From NCBI GenBank assembly GCA_023253325.1, contig JALRGY010000002.1:1-62637 (forward strand): 62,637 nucleotides of DNA, given 5' to 3'. This stretch comes from Candidatus Nanopelagicales bacterium. GTDB lineage: Bacteria; Actinomycetota; Actinomycetes; S36-B12. The position numbers were made by a program, and so were the translations under genes. Below the pieces are notes generated by a model, which was given only the letters and a program-made list of their open reading frames with translations, did not search any database and was not told where the DNA came from. Shown here one piece after another: positions 11,692-21,045 of this stretch (the first letter of the stretch is position 1; each line of letters begins with the position of its first letter).

Positions 11692-12742
11692 CCCGATCAT
11701 TGGCTTCGGGCTCTGCAACCGTGATGCGCAAACCTTCGTTAGGGAATGGGCGAACTGACAACCCGGCTTGCTCAAGCGATTCATAGACATGAGCAGTCTT
11801 CTCATTGAGACGAAGCCAGACAAAGTTCGCATAACTTTCTTCCGGGGTCCAACCTTGGGCACGTAAGGCAGCAAGGACCCGTGCACGCTCTTGTTGAACA
11901 AATTTAACTCGCTCCATGAGTTCGGCTTCAGCCTTTAACGCAGCTATGGATGCAACTTGTGCGAGAGTAGAAACGCCAAACGGAAGAGCGGTTTTTCTCA
12001 GTGCAGCGGAAATGCGCTCCTGCGCAAATGCGTAACCCACCCGTAATCCAGCCAATCCGTATGCTTTTGAGAACGTGCGCAGTACAACCACATTGGGATG
12101 CTCCCGATATAACCCGACTGAATCGGAACGAAGTTCATCCGGCAAATATTCAATATAGGCTTCATCGAGAACAATCAATATCTCTGGTGAAACGGATTTG
12201 ATGAACTTCGCAATGTCTTGAGCTGAGGAAATTTGGCCCGTTGGATTATTTGGCGAGCAAATAAAAATAACTCTCGTACGATTCGTGATGGCCGCTTTCA
12301 TTGCATCGAGGTCATGTGATTCGTCAGCCGCCAGGGGAACCTGAACACTTGTGGCTCCTGCAATCTGAGTCCAGATTGGATAGGCCTCGAAACTGCGCCA
12401 TGCGTATATGACTTCATCGCCCGGACCTGCTGCGGACTGAATAATCTGCCCGCAAAGTGCAACACTTCCCGTTCCTAGAGAAATATGCTCCGCGGGAACC
12501 GAAAATTGTTGTGAGATGGCTGCGACCAGGTCTGCAGAACTCGGATCAGGATAGCGGTTGATTTCCGGCAATGCCTGGGTGATCGCGGCGGTAACACTTG
12601 GCAGCGGATCGTGATGGCTCTCATTACTGCTCACTTTAAATGTGGTGACGCCGTGAACCGGCTTCGGTCGAGCACCCGCTTTATAGTCAGCGATGCTCTC
12701 AATATCAGCGCGCAGTCGCGGAATGTTGTCAGCCACTAGCAC
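11663..12742 (-). CDS. histidinol-phosphate/aromatic aminotransferase family (class II PLP transaminase, HisC/Pat-like)
   Basis: Motifs YPD, SPNNPTG, and RTFSKAYGLAGLRVGY with the PLP lysine. It stands alone, not within a his operon. Confidence 0.8.
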   Translation of the reverse strand: MLVADNIPRLRADIESIADYKAGARPKPVHGVTTFKVSSNESHHDPLPSVTAAITQALPEINRYPDPSSADLVAAISQQFSVPAEHISLGTGSVALCGQIIQSAAGPGDEVIYAWRSFEAYPIWTQIAGATSVQVPLAADESHDLDAMKAAITNRTRVIFICSPNNPTGQISSAQDIAKFIKSVSPEILIVLDEAYIEYLPDELRSDSVGLYREHPNVVVLRTFSKAYGLAGLRVGYAFAQERISAALRKTALPFGVSTLAQVASIAALKAEAELMERVKFVQQERARVLAALRAQGWTPEESYANFVWLRLNEKTAHVYESLEQAGLSVRPFPNEGLRITVAEPEANDRVIDVLSGLV

Positions 12743-12756
12743 AACCTAGACCGTGA

Positions 12757-13611
12757 TCACTCGGCCTGCAAAAGGGAACCTGCATAGTCCGGGACGTAAT
12801 TATTGAGCTCCCGAGGCGGCCGTTCATACCCGCGTGCTGCTGGTCGCTGCGGGATTTCAAGTTCAGGAGGCGATATGGAGTAGTGGTCAACGCTGGAAAG
12901 AAAGTGCTGCATCGAATTGATTCGAGCGCGCCGTTTGCAGTTTGCTTCCACGACGTACCACGGAGACTCAGGCAAATCAGTGTGTACAAGCATTTCATCT
13001 TTTGCTTGCGAGTAGTCCTCCCAGCGACTGATCGACTCTAAGTCCATGGGGGACAATTTCCAACGACGCATGGGATCTTCATGTCGGGATTTGAATCGTC
13101 GTTCCTGTTCATCATCAGAGATGCTGAACCAGTATTTGCGCAGAATGATGCCGTCCTCGATCAACATGCGTTCGAAGATCGGTGCTTGATGTAGAAATTG
13201 TCGGTATTCCGCCGGAGTGCACAGGTCCATTACTTTCTCAACCCCTGCCCTGTTGTACCAAGATCGATCAAAGAATCTCATCTCACCCGCTGACGGTAAA
13301 TGTTTCACGTAGCGCTGGAAATACCACTGAGTACGCTCACGCTCCGTTGGAGCTGGAAGGGCAACTATGTTGGCTTGACGTGGATTCAAATACTGAGTGA
13401 AACGTTTGATTGTTGAACCTTTTCCTGCGGCATCCCGACCTTCAAACAAGATGACAACGCGCTTGCCTTCGAGTCGTACCCACTCTTGAAAATTGACCAG
13501 TTCGGCCTGGAGGCGCGCCAGTTCTAGTTTGTAGAATGCCTTGGGAATCTTCTTTTGCGCCACCTGTTCACTGGTAGGGCTTTGAATAGGTACGCCGATT
13601 GAATCACTCAC
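12757..13611 (-). CDS. ppk2: polyphosphate kinase 2 (single-domain PPK2)
   Basis: Walker A-like FEGRDAAGKGSTIKR and the FDRSWYNR lid motif characteristic of PPK2. Confidence 0.88.
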   Translation of the reverse strand: MSDSIGVPIQSPTSEQVAQKKIPKAFYKLELARLQAELVNFQEWVRLEGKRVVILFEGRDAAGKGSTIKRFTQYLNPRQANIVALPAPTERERTQWYFQRYVKHLPSAGEMRFFDRSWYNRAGVEKVMDLCTPAEYRQFLHQAPIFERMLIEDGIILRKYWFSISDDEQERRFKSRHEDPMRRWKLSPMDLESISRWEDYSQAKDEMLVHTDLPESPWYVVEANCKRRARINSMQHFLSSVDHYSISPPELEIPQRPAARGYERPPRELNNYVPDYAGSLLQAE

Positions 13612-13690
13612 GTAACCAGATTAGCCACATAAAACCAACTTCTCACCCCAGTGTCACAACAGATTACAAATTTTTGGGTACCCTGAGCAC

Positions 13691-15223
13691 GTGACATTGC
13701 GGCGGAGAGTGCTTATCGGTTCAGGCGCAGGCCTCGGACTGATACTGATTGGTTTTCTCATCGTGGTTTTGCAGTTCTCATCTGTCTCTGGCAAACAGAA
13801 CACCTTGGACTCAACATTGAATCCCGCGGCCCAGATTGCCGATTCATTGTTGTTAGCTCAAACAGCATCGTCAGGTGATCTTTCAGACTATGTACTCACC
13901 GGCTCAGAGGAAGCTCTTGCCAGCTATCAAAGTTCTATCTCAACCACAAATTCATTAAGTGACTCATTAATCAAGATCTTCGGTGAAGAAAATCCTGCAC
14001 TTATTGCTCTGGTTGAGAACGCCGCTGCTGCTGAACGAGCGTGGATTAGCGCAGATGCCCAACCTACCTTGGACTCAATGGCTGATGGAAAAACAACAAA
14101 AGCTGCGCGCCTCACAAATAAGCCTCGGGCTTGGAACACCTTTGATGCGATGATTGACGCCACCTCGGAATTACAAACTGAAATCGAAGTGCAACGCGCT
14201 AATGCAGTCACCGATGTCGCCGGATCCGCGCGAACACTGGGTGTGTTCTTGATTTTGGGCGGAATTGCGCTCATTGGAATTTTCCTGGCGTATTTCATTT
14301 TGCTCCAACGGTGGGTGATTTTCCCACTGATGGATATTCGTAAAGATCTTCAACTTGCAACCCGGGACCCTGCACATACACATCCCATAGAGCCCGTTGG
14401 ACCCTCGGAGCTCAACACCCTCGCCAAAGATGCTGAGAGCCTTCGTCGCAAACTCGTTACTGAAATCGATGAAGCAATGGCCGCACGCAAAGGCCTCCAG
14501 CAGGATGCCCCTCTCGTTGCTGCCGTGCGCGCTGAGATGCAGGTTGACACGCGAATTCATTGCCCCGGTGTTGCTATTGCGGGTCTTGCTTCCAGTGCAG
14601 AAGGTGTACTCGCTGGCGATTATTGGGATTACATTCCCTTGGATGAAAATCGCGTCGCACTTGTTATTGCCGACGTCTCGGGCCACGGACCTTCGGCCAA
14701 TGTGATTGCACTTCGGGTACGCGCAATCATCAAGGCCTGTCTCGAGAACAGTGGGTCAATCGCCGAATCAGTCGAACTCGCGGCACGCTCAACAGAGCGT
14801 GACGAACATTTTGTCACAGCCATTCTCATGGTCGTCGACACAGAGAAAAACATTTTGCAGTGGATTAATGCTGGGCACCCCGCCGCTATCGGAGTCGATC
14901 ATGACAAGGAACAGTTTTACCTTGATCCCACCGGTCCACTCATTTCTTCGCTCGGCGGCGACTGGGAGGTCAAGGAACGCCCATTTGTCCCCGGGGACGT
15001 AATTCTGGGGGTCACCGACGGCTTTCTTGAGGGCCAGTCCACACCTGACTCAGATTCCGACACTGAAAGTGCGGCGATTGCCCGGGTCGTGCGGGGACTG
15101 GATGCCCCCGTTCGGCAACACCCTGAGGAGATCGTGCAGCGGCTCGTGTCCCACTTCCGGGAAATTTCCCCTCGCTGGCGCAGTGATGACGTCACGGTGG
15201 TTGCTATGAGCAGGTTGAGCTGA
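13691..15223 (+). CDS. membrane-anchored CHASE3/HAMP-like sensor fused to a PP2C (SpoIIE) Ser/Thr phosphatase
   Basis: N-terminal TM helix, extracytoplasmic helical region, second TM helix, then a PP2C core (GDYWDYIPL, ALVIADVSGHG, NAGHP, TDGFLE). Confidence 0.75.
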   Translation: MTLRRRVLIGSGAGLGLILIGFLIVVLQFSSVSGKQNTLDSTLNPAAQIADSLLLAQTASSGDLSDYVLTGSEEALASYQSSISTTNSLSDSLIKIFGEENPALIALVENAAAAERAWISADAQPTLDSMADGKTTKAARLTNKPRAWNTFDAMIDATSELQTEIEVQRANAVTDVAGSARTLGVFLILGGIALIGIFLAYFILLQRWVIFPLMDIRKDLQLATRDPAHTHPIEPVGPSELNTLAKDAESLRRKLVTEIDEAMAARKGLQQDAPLVAAVRAEMQVDTRIHCPGVAIAGLASSAEGVLAGDYWDYIPLDENRVALVIADVSGHGPSANVIALRVRAIIKACLENSGSIAESVELAARSTERDEHFVTAILMVVDTEKNILQWINAGHPAAIGVDHDKEQFYLDPTGPLISSLGGDWEVKERPFVPGDVILGVTDGFLEGQSTPDSDSDTESAAIARVVRGLDAPVRQHPEEIVQRLVSHFREISPRWRSDDVTVVAMSRLS

Positions 15224-15249
15224 GCCGGTTGAGCTGAGCAGGTTGAGCT
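15208..15249 (+). repeat. 3 x 14-bp tandem repeat (GAGCAGGTTGAGCT) spanning the phosphatase stop codon, with a fourth partial copy at about 15272
   Basis: Read directly: gagcaggttgagct gagccggttgagct gagcaggttgagct. The last copy plus CCTGCTC (15252-15258) can form a 7-bp hairpin, a weak terminator candidate with no T-tract. Confidence 0.8.
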
Positions 15250-15320
15250 GACCTGCTCAAGGAACCAGCCCGAGCAGGTTGGGTTGAAGGCCAAAATCCC
15301 CTCCATGGCACACTGTCACT

Positions 15321-16580
15321 ATGCGAAAAATTACTAAGTCAAGCCTCCTCGCCCTTCTAGTAGCTGCTCTCATCGTTCCGATTGCTTCCCCTGCACAGGC
15401 CGCAAAACTGAAGAACCCTGCTCAGAACCTCAAAGGCACGGTCATTCAGGATGACCTTTTCGGTCTGCACGTCACCGATGTTCAATTCGGAGCGTGGCCA
15501 TCCATAAATTTTGGTTCCATCCGCCTGTGGGATAACGACACTGCGTGGGCCAATATTGAAACTTCAAAAGGTGTATTCAATTGGACTGCGCTGGACAATG
15601 CAGTTGCTACTGCAGAATCCAAAGGGGTCACAGACATCCTTATGGTCTTAGCGGGTACGCCTGCTTGGGCGACCGACCAACGTAACGCAGCTGCTCTTCC
15701 GCGACCCGATGCTTCAGGGGTTCCGCGCGATATGAATGACTGGAATGACTGGGTACGTGCAGTCGCAACTCGCTACAAAGGCCGCATCACTAGTTACCAG
15801 CCTTGGAATGAAGCGAACCTCTCCACATTCTTCACGGGCACCCCGCGTCAAATGGCCGACATGACCAAAAGCACCTATGACATTGTGCGCAGCATTGACC
15901 CCAAGGCCACGATCGTTGCTCCCAGTACTGGCACACGGCTCGGTGGACCCTTCAAAAAGTTCTATCCTGCATATCTCGCTGAGTTGAAGAAAATGAATTG
16001 GCCTGTTGATGCTTGGTCGGCACATACCTACCCATCGTCCTTGGGTGACACGAACGACCGTCAGGATTTGGCCAATTCCTGGATTTCCTACCTGAAAGCA
16101 GCTGGAGCACCCGATCTTCCGCTGTGGGATACCGAGAGCAACTACGGACTTGCTGGTCCCGGACCGAGTAATCCCGATCAGGATATTGAAGGCACCCAGG
16201 CCGCCAATCTCGTTGCTATCACCTACCTTGATGCCCTTCGCCTCGGGATCTCGCGGGTTTACATGTTCCGCTGGGGGCCTTACAACGATCTCCTTGGAAT
16301 CCAGTTCAGTGACAACACCGTCGGTGCTGTGGCAATGGACACGCTTCAGGATTGGATCGTGGGAACCAAGTACCGAGGCTGTAAAGAAACCAAACGCAAA
16401 GTGACCTGCACTTTTGGTGCAAAGAATGGTCTCCAACAAGTGATTTACTCAGAGACAGGCACCAGGAGCTTTAAGATCAAAAAGGTCTACAAGCAAATGT
16501 GTTCCCTTGACGGGACGTGTAAAGCCGTTCCAAGTAATCGCAAGGTTCGCGTGTCAGGGCCTGTGCTGCTGACGCGTTAG
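15321..16580 (+). CDS. secreted glycoside hydrolase, TIM-barrel clan GH-A (GH5/GH39-like)
   Basis: Signal peptide (PAQA/AK). A QPWNEANL acid/base-type motif and a later TESNYG candidate nucleophile. The family cannot be resolved by eye. Confidence 0.55.
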   Translation: MRKITKSSLLALLVAALIVPIASPAQAAKLKNPAQNLKGTVIQDDLFGLHVTDVQFGAWPSINFGSIRLWDNDTAWANIETSKGVFNWTALDNAVATAESKGVTDILMVLAGTPAWATDQRNAAALPRPDASGVPRDMNDWNDWVRAVATRYKGRITSYQPWNEANLSTFFTGTPRQMADMTKSTYDIVRSIDPKATIVAPSTGTRLGGPFKKFYPAYLAELKKMNWPVDAWSAHTYPSSLGDTNDRQDLANSWISYLKAAGAPDLPLWDTESNYGLAGPGPSNPDQDIEGTQAANLVAITYLDALRLGISRVYMFRWGPYNDLLGIQFSDNTVGAVAMDTLQDWIVGTKYRGCKETKRKVTCTFGAKNGLQQVIYSETGTRSFKIKKVYKQMCSLDGTCKAVPSNRKVRVSGPVLLTR

Positions 16581-16594
16581 GAATCATTCCTTGA

Positions 16595-16627
16595 TTAGAG
16601 GCCGGTGAATATTTCACCGGCCTCTAA
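16595..16627. terminator. bidirectional intrinsic terminator between convergent genes
   Basis: Perfect 14-bp stem, TTAGAGGCCGGTGA-ATAT-TCACCGGCCTCTAA, followed by TTTG. It overlaps the stop codon of the minus-strand SDR gene. Confidence 0.75.
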
Positions 16628-17412
16628 TTTGTTCGTTCCTCGCCCACGGTGTTCCCACCGTCTACAGCGATGCATTGTCCTGTGACATAACTTGCACCCG
16701 GGCTTGCAAGAAATGCAGCAACGGCAGCGACCTCGGAGGGGCTTGCGCTTCTTCCTAATGGCACAAGTTCTGATTCGCGAGCCTCATGCTCTGTCTGTGA
16801 ACCGCTTTGGACCCAACCTGGTGCAATTGCGTTCGCAGTAATTCCATCTCTCGCATAATCGACTGCAAGGGATCTGGTCAGACCAACGACCGCAGCTTTT
16901 GCAGTGGCATAAGCACTTTCACCCTGCATTGACATCAGCGGACCCGTGACGCTTGAAATAGAAATGACTCTCCCCCACTCATTTGCCTGCATGTGTGGGA
17001 GAGCAGCTCGTGTCACATGGACCATTGTCATCAGGTTCCTTGACAGTGCTTGGTCAAATATTGTGAGATCAATCGTTCCAAGGGATCCAGATTCAGTTCC
17101 AACGGGAGTGTTCACACTTGCCATGCCTGCGTTATTAATAACTATGTCGATGCCGCCCAAATCATGACTTGTTAACTCAAACATGGAATTGGTTGCATCT
17201 GGATCCGTCAAGTCGCACACATAACCTTTGACAACGCCTAGGGGAGCTAATTCAGATGCTCGGTCATGAATATGTTCTCCCGTTGCGGTGACTGCGACTT
17301 CTGCGCCCAGATCCAATAGTGCCCTAGCGCAGGCAAAGCCGATTCCAGTCTGCGAGCCACACCCCGTGACCAACGCCCGTTTACCTGCAAGCGATAGCCA
17401 TTGAGGTGTCAC
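16624..17412 (-). CDS. SDR-family oxidoreductase (FabG-like)
   Basis: TGxxxGIG-type nucleotide-binding motif (VTGCGSQTGIG), NNAG, and catalytic YxxxK (YATAKAAV). Confidence 0.8.
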   Translation of the reverse strand: MTPQWLSLAGKRALVTGCGSQTGIGFACARALLDLGAEVAVTATGEHIHDRASELAPLGVVKGYVCDLTDPDATNSMFELTSHDLGGIDIVINNAGMASVNTPVGTESGSLGTIDLTIFDQALSRNLMTMVHVTRAALPHMQANEWGRVISISSVTGPLMSMQGESAYATAKAAVVGLTRSLAVDYARDGITANAIAPGWVQSGSQTEHEARESELVPLGRSASPSEVAAVAAFLASPGASYVTGQCIAVDGGNTVGEERTN

Positions 17413-18761
17413 TGCGAAATCCTGGACAATGCCTCAGCAAAAAGTGTGGTGTGCAGGTCAACATCGGCAGACGTCGTGGCCGGACACATGAGAGCCATGT
17501 TGTGAAATGGCGTCATGAGCACTCCTCGATTGCTCATGAAAAGGTGGAGGTATTCCTCTATCTCTGCATCGAATGCCTGCGCTGACTCCGTTCCATTGCG
17601 GGGCGCAGGTGAACAGAACCTGTATTCGGTCCGCGCACCCAATTGCGCAATGGTCCATGGCATCTTTGTGTCTTCGAGAACCTTCTCGACACCAACGGTG
17701 AATTGTGTCGCCAGTGCGATCATGTGAGCAAACGCGTCAGGGGTCAGAACCTCCCCGAGAGTGGCACGCATCGCAGCGGTGGATAACACATTGCCAGCGA
17801 GGGTGCCGCCGACTCCGCCGACATCCTCCAAATCTGCGTCCGGTGAGTTCAGGATGCGATCAGCTAAGTCCTGCGTGATGCCATAGGCCCCTGATGGAAT
17901 TCCTCCACCAATGCTCTTTCCAATCACGAAGATGTCCGGTGAAAGATTCCACTCCCTGGTGCAACCACCCCAGCCAGCTGAGATTGTGTGGGTTTCATCG
18001 ATGAGTAGTAGGGCTCCGTACCTGTCACATAAAATTCTCAGGCCGTCAAGAAAGCCTGGATCTGGTAGGACGATTCCAATATTGGTCAGAGCAGGCTCGG
18101 TGATCACCACTGCGACATCGCCGTGAGCGAGTGCCCGCTCAACTGACTCTAAATCATTGAACTCAGCTACTCGCGTTGTCTGCGCGATGTCTACCGCAGG
18201 GCCAACATTTCCTTCACGGAGAATGGCACTGCCATTAGGTCCGGTTCGCACCAGCGTTTCGTCCACGGCTCCGTGATAGCAGTATGAAAAGGCGAGCACC
18301 TTCGATTTGCCAGTGACCTGACGCGCAATGCGAAGTGCCCATCTGTTTGCGTCTGTTGCCGTCAGGCTGAACGACCACAGTGGTAAGCCAAAGCGATTGC
18401 TTAATTCAGCTGCCACCCATTCGGCATCGCCACTGGGCACCATCGTTGTAATACCACCGTCAACAGCGATTCGTTGCTGGACTGCACGGGTGGTTGGTTC
18501 TGGAGAATGACCAGCCATGGCACCTGTATCACCTAGGGCGAAATCCACGTACTCATTTCCATCAACATCAGTGATTTGATTCCCGTGAGCGCTCGCCAGA
18601 TACAGCGGGTATCCACCCGACCATTTGTTCATCCAGGTCATGGGTACTCGACCCAACAGGTGATTGCTCGCCTCAAACATGGCGCGAGAGGTGGTGGTCC
18701 TGGTCAAGTGAAGTGACTGCTCATGAATCAGTTCTTGGGCTAGTTTCGCGCGATCAAGCAC
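17409..18761 (-). CDS. class III PLP aminotransferase family (glutamate-1-semialdehyde aminomutase-like)
   Basis: 450 aa. LLIDETHT and FVIGKSIGGG (PLP Lys) motifs. 4-nt overlap with the downstream SDR gene. Confidence 0.78.
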   Translation of the reverse strand: MLDRAKLAQELIHEQSLHLTRTTTSRAMFEASNHLLGRVPMTWMNKWSGGYPLYLASAHGNQITDVDGNEYVDFALGDTGAMAGHSPEPTTRAVQQRIAVDGGITTMVPSGDAEWVAAELSNRFGLPLWSFSLTATDANRWALRIARQVTGKSKVLAFSYCYHGAVDETLVRTGPNGSAILREGNVGPAVDIAQTTRVAEFNDLESVERALAHGDVAVVITEPALTNIGIVLPDPGFLDGLRILCDRYGALLLIDETHTISAGWGGCTREWNLSPDIFVIGKSIGGGIPSGAYGITQDLADRILNSPDADLEDVGGVGGTLAGNVLSTAAMRATLGEVLTPDAFAHMIALATQFTVGVEKVLEDTKMPWTIAQLGARTEYRFCSPAPRNGTESAQAFDAEIEEYLHLFMSNRGVLMTPFHNMALMCPATTSADVDLHTTLFAEALSRISQ

Positions 18762-18823
18762 AGTGTGCGGTCCTCTCAGACTGTCATTCCACCTCGTGTG
18801 GCGAGCACATCATATTCGGCCGA

Positions 18824-20311
18824 TTAGTGCCCCGCTGCCAGCTTCCCACTCAATCGATCATGGAATTCCGCACTCTTTTCATTGAATCCCAGAATCCGAA
18901 TCGACTTTCCACGCTTTTCATATTTTGTCACGACTGCGTCCAGGGAAGCGACCGTAGACGCATCCCACACATGCGCACCTGTGAGATCAATGATGACAAG
19001 GTCAGGATCATTCGAATACTCGAATTGATACACCAAGTCATTACTTGACGCGAAAAACATTTCACCATGGATGGAGTAGCGGACTGTTTCGAAACCTGTC
19101 ATTGGATCGAACTCAAGTGTGCGGTCCATGGAGACAAGGTGCGCGACTCGACGGGCAAAAAGCACAGTGGCTGTTACGACACCTGTGATTACTCCAATTG
19201 CTAGGTTGTGAGTAATGAGTGTTGCGATGACTGTCGCGAGCATGACCGTTGTTTCACTCTTGGGCATGGAGAAAATAGTGCGCAAACTATGCCAATCAAA
19301 TGTTGCGTAAGCAACAACAATCATGACGGCCACCAGCGCAGCCATGGGAATTTCAGCGACAATGTCACCCAATGCAACGACGAGAATCAGCAAGAAGATT
19401 CCCGCGAGGAATGTGGACAGTCGTGTGCGAGCGCCGGATCGCACGTTGATCATGGTTTGGCCAATCATGGCGCAGCCACCCATTCCACCAAAGAATCCGG
19501 TGACAATGTTGGCAACTCCCTGACCCCAGGACTCACGTGTCTTATTGGAACGGGTGTCGGTGATGTCATCGACAAGTTTCGCAGTCATCAAACTTTCCAT
19601 GAGCCCCACCAAAGCGATGGCCAAAGCAAATGGGGCAATGATTTGCAGTGTCTCAAGGGTAAACGGAACGGTGGGGATACCAAGGACGGGAAGGCTGTCA
19701 GGAAGTTCCCCTTGATCTCCAACCATGGGCACGTTGATGTTCATAACTGCAACGATGATGGTGAGAAAGACAACTGTGACCAACGGACCTGGAATTGCCG
19801 TAGTTATTTTGGGCAACACGAGAATAATTGCAATGCCGATAACCACCATGGGATAGACGATCCAAGGGACATCAATCAGATACTGCAACTGCGCGGCGAA
19901 AATCAGAATCGCAAGGGCATTAACAAATCCAACCATCACGCTTCGTGGAACAAATCTCATGAGGCGAGCAACACCCGCCAGTGCCAGCAAGATTTGAAAA
20001 ATCCCTCCCAGAATCACTGCCGCGATGAGGTATTGCAGCCCATGATCGCGAGCTAGGGGTGCCACCACCAGAGCGATCGCGCCCGTGGCCGCAGAGATCA
20101 TGGCGGGACGGCCGCCCGTGAAGGCAATCGTTACAGCCATGGTGAAAGAGGCAAAAAGCCCAACACGTGGATCAACCCCGGCGAGGATGGAAAAGGAAAT
20201 GGCCTCAGGGATCAATGCGATGGCAACAACAAGCCCTGCCAGGACTTCTGTGCGCATTATTCGGGGAGAGAGCCAAACAGGACGGTGGGCGGAAAGGTAT
20301 GCAACGGACAC
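18824..20311 (-). CDS. SulP-family anion transporter with C-terminal STAS domain
   Basis: Polytopic N-terminal SulP core followed by a STAS-like tail ([31 protein letters not shown]). Confidence 0.85.
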   Translation of the reverse strand: MSVAYLSAHRPVWLSPRIMRTEVLAGLVVAIALIPEAISFSILAGVDPRVGLFASFTMAVTIAFTGGRPAMISAATGAIALVVAPLARDHGLQYLIAAVILGGIFQILLALAGVARLMRFVPRSVMVGFVNALAILIFAAQLQYLIDVPWIVYPMVVIGIAIILVLPKITTAIPGPLVTVVFLTIIVAVMNINVPMVGDQGELPDSLPVLGIPTVPFTLETLQIIAPFALAIALVGLMESLMTAKLVDDITDTRSNKTRESWGQGVANIVTGFFGGMGGCAMIGQTMINVRSGARTRLSTFLAGIFLLILVVALGDIVAEIPMAALVAVMIVVAYATFDWHSLRTIFSMPKSETTVMLATVIATLITHNLAIGVITGVVTATVLFARRVAHLVSMDRTLEFDPMTGFETVRYSIHGEMFFASSNDLVYQFEYSNDPDLVIIDLTGAHVWDASTVASLDAVVTKYEKRGKSIRILGFNEKSAEFHDRLSGKLAAGH

Positions 20312-20351
20312 TTGATTGACTGTAACTCAAGTGATGGTGATCCCCTAATTC

Positions 20352-20573
20352 TCAGAGTTTGCCAACCATTTTGCGAATGGTCATTCGAGGGATTCCCGTC
20401 ACCGTTGAAATCTTGTTTTCAGAGAGCACCTCTGAGTCAACGTGCACTTTGACGAGTGCGGCCAGAGTGTCTCGGTGGGCACGTTCCTTCTTCTTTGCGG
20501 CTTGCCACTCTTCGGCGGCCGTTTCAATCTCGCTGAGAGCCGCCTGCTTCTTGGGGTTAGGTGACTTAGTCAT
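20352..20573 (-). CDS. small hypothetical protein (73 aa) with C-terminal helix-turn-helix-like segment
   Basis: The ATG at 20573 overlaps the stop of the upstream small ORF (ATGACTAA). A charged coiled N-terminal half is followed by ISTVTGIPRMTIRKMVGKL. I recognise no family. The long track ORF (to 20798) is an out-of-frame extension across the upstream ORF. Confidence 0.4.
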   Translation of the reverse strand: MTKSPNPKKQAALSEIETAAEEWQAAKKKERAHRDTLAALVKVHVDSEVLSENKISTVTGIPRMTIRKMVGKL

Positions 20574-20811
20574 GCGCTGGAGTCGTGTTTGCCAATTGGT
20601 CGGCCAATGGCGCGAGTTCCCTGTGCATTGCTGACCATTCAAGTGCCTCATCGATATAACGAGTCTCGTGGGCTGCTCCACAGGAGCACTCCAGCACAAA
20701 GCGGCATTTGCTGGAACAGAAATCAGATTCAATGGTGTGGCCAGATTTGATGGTCCGATCCAAGACCGAACCGTGAGCGCTCTTGGTATTGCGGGCAAAT
20801 GGGTTGCTCAT
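20566..20811 (-). CDS. small hypothetical Cys-containing protein (81 aa)
   Basis: ATG at 20811 preceded by GAAAGGGG. Four Cys in FCSSKCRFVLECSCG. I recognise no family. Confidence 0.4.
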   Translation of the reverse strand: MSNPFARNTKSAHGSVLDRTIKSGHTIESDFCSSKCRFVLECSCGAAHETRYIDEALEWSAMHRELAPLADQLANTTPAHD

Positions 20812-20878
20812 GGAAACCCCTTTCTCGTGTTTTTCTCGAGCACAACTGTGATGCACTGACAATTTTTGTCTTAATTTT

Positions 20879-20919
20879 GTATATGTATAGACACTATCGT
20901 ATAAGTATATACATAGACA
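20879..20919. promoter_or_regulatory. AT-rich divergent promoter region with two 15-bp direct repeats (GTATATGTATAGACA / GTATATACATAGACA)
   Basis: Read directly. The repeats start 26 bp apart and sit in the most AT-rich stretch of the window, between the small-ORF pair (minus) and the LLM monooxygenase (plus). Confidence 0.4.
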
Positions 20920-21045
20920 ATGAATGTTACCGGTGGGGCACGTGTTGCCGCCGAAATCGGATGAGTTACAGCGTGATGTGGATAGATCTTGGCGCCGGTC
21001 CAGCCCACAATGTGACCAAGAGCCACATCACCTAAGGAGTTTCCC

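Noticed and set aside
15714-16439. 241-aa ORF on the minus strand
   Set aside because: It is antisense within the secreted glycosidase gene. It has no motifs, whereas the plus-strand frame has a signal peptide and glycosidase motifs.
19208-20056. 282-aa ORF on the plus strand
   Set aside because: It is antisense to the SulP transporter. Its Asn/His/Cys/Gly-rich composition is odd and shows no family signature, so it is a shadow ORF.
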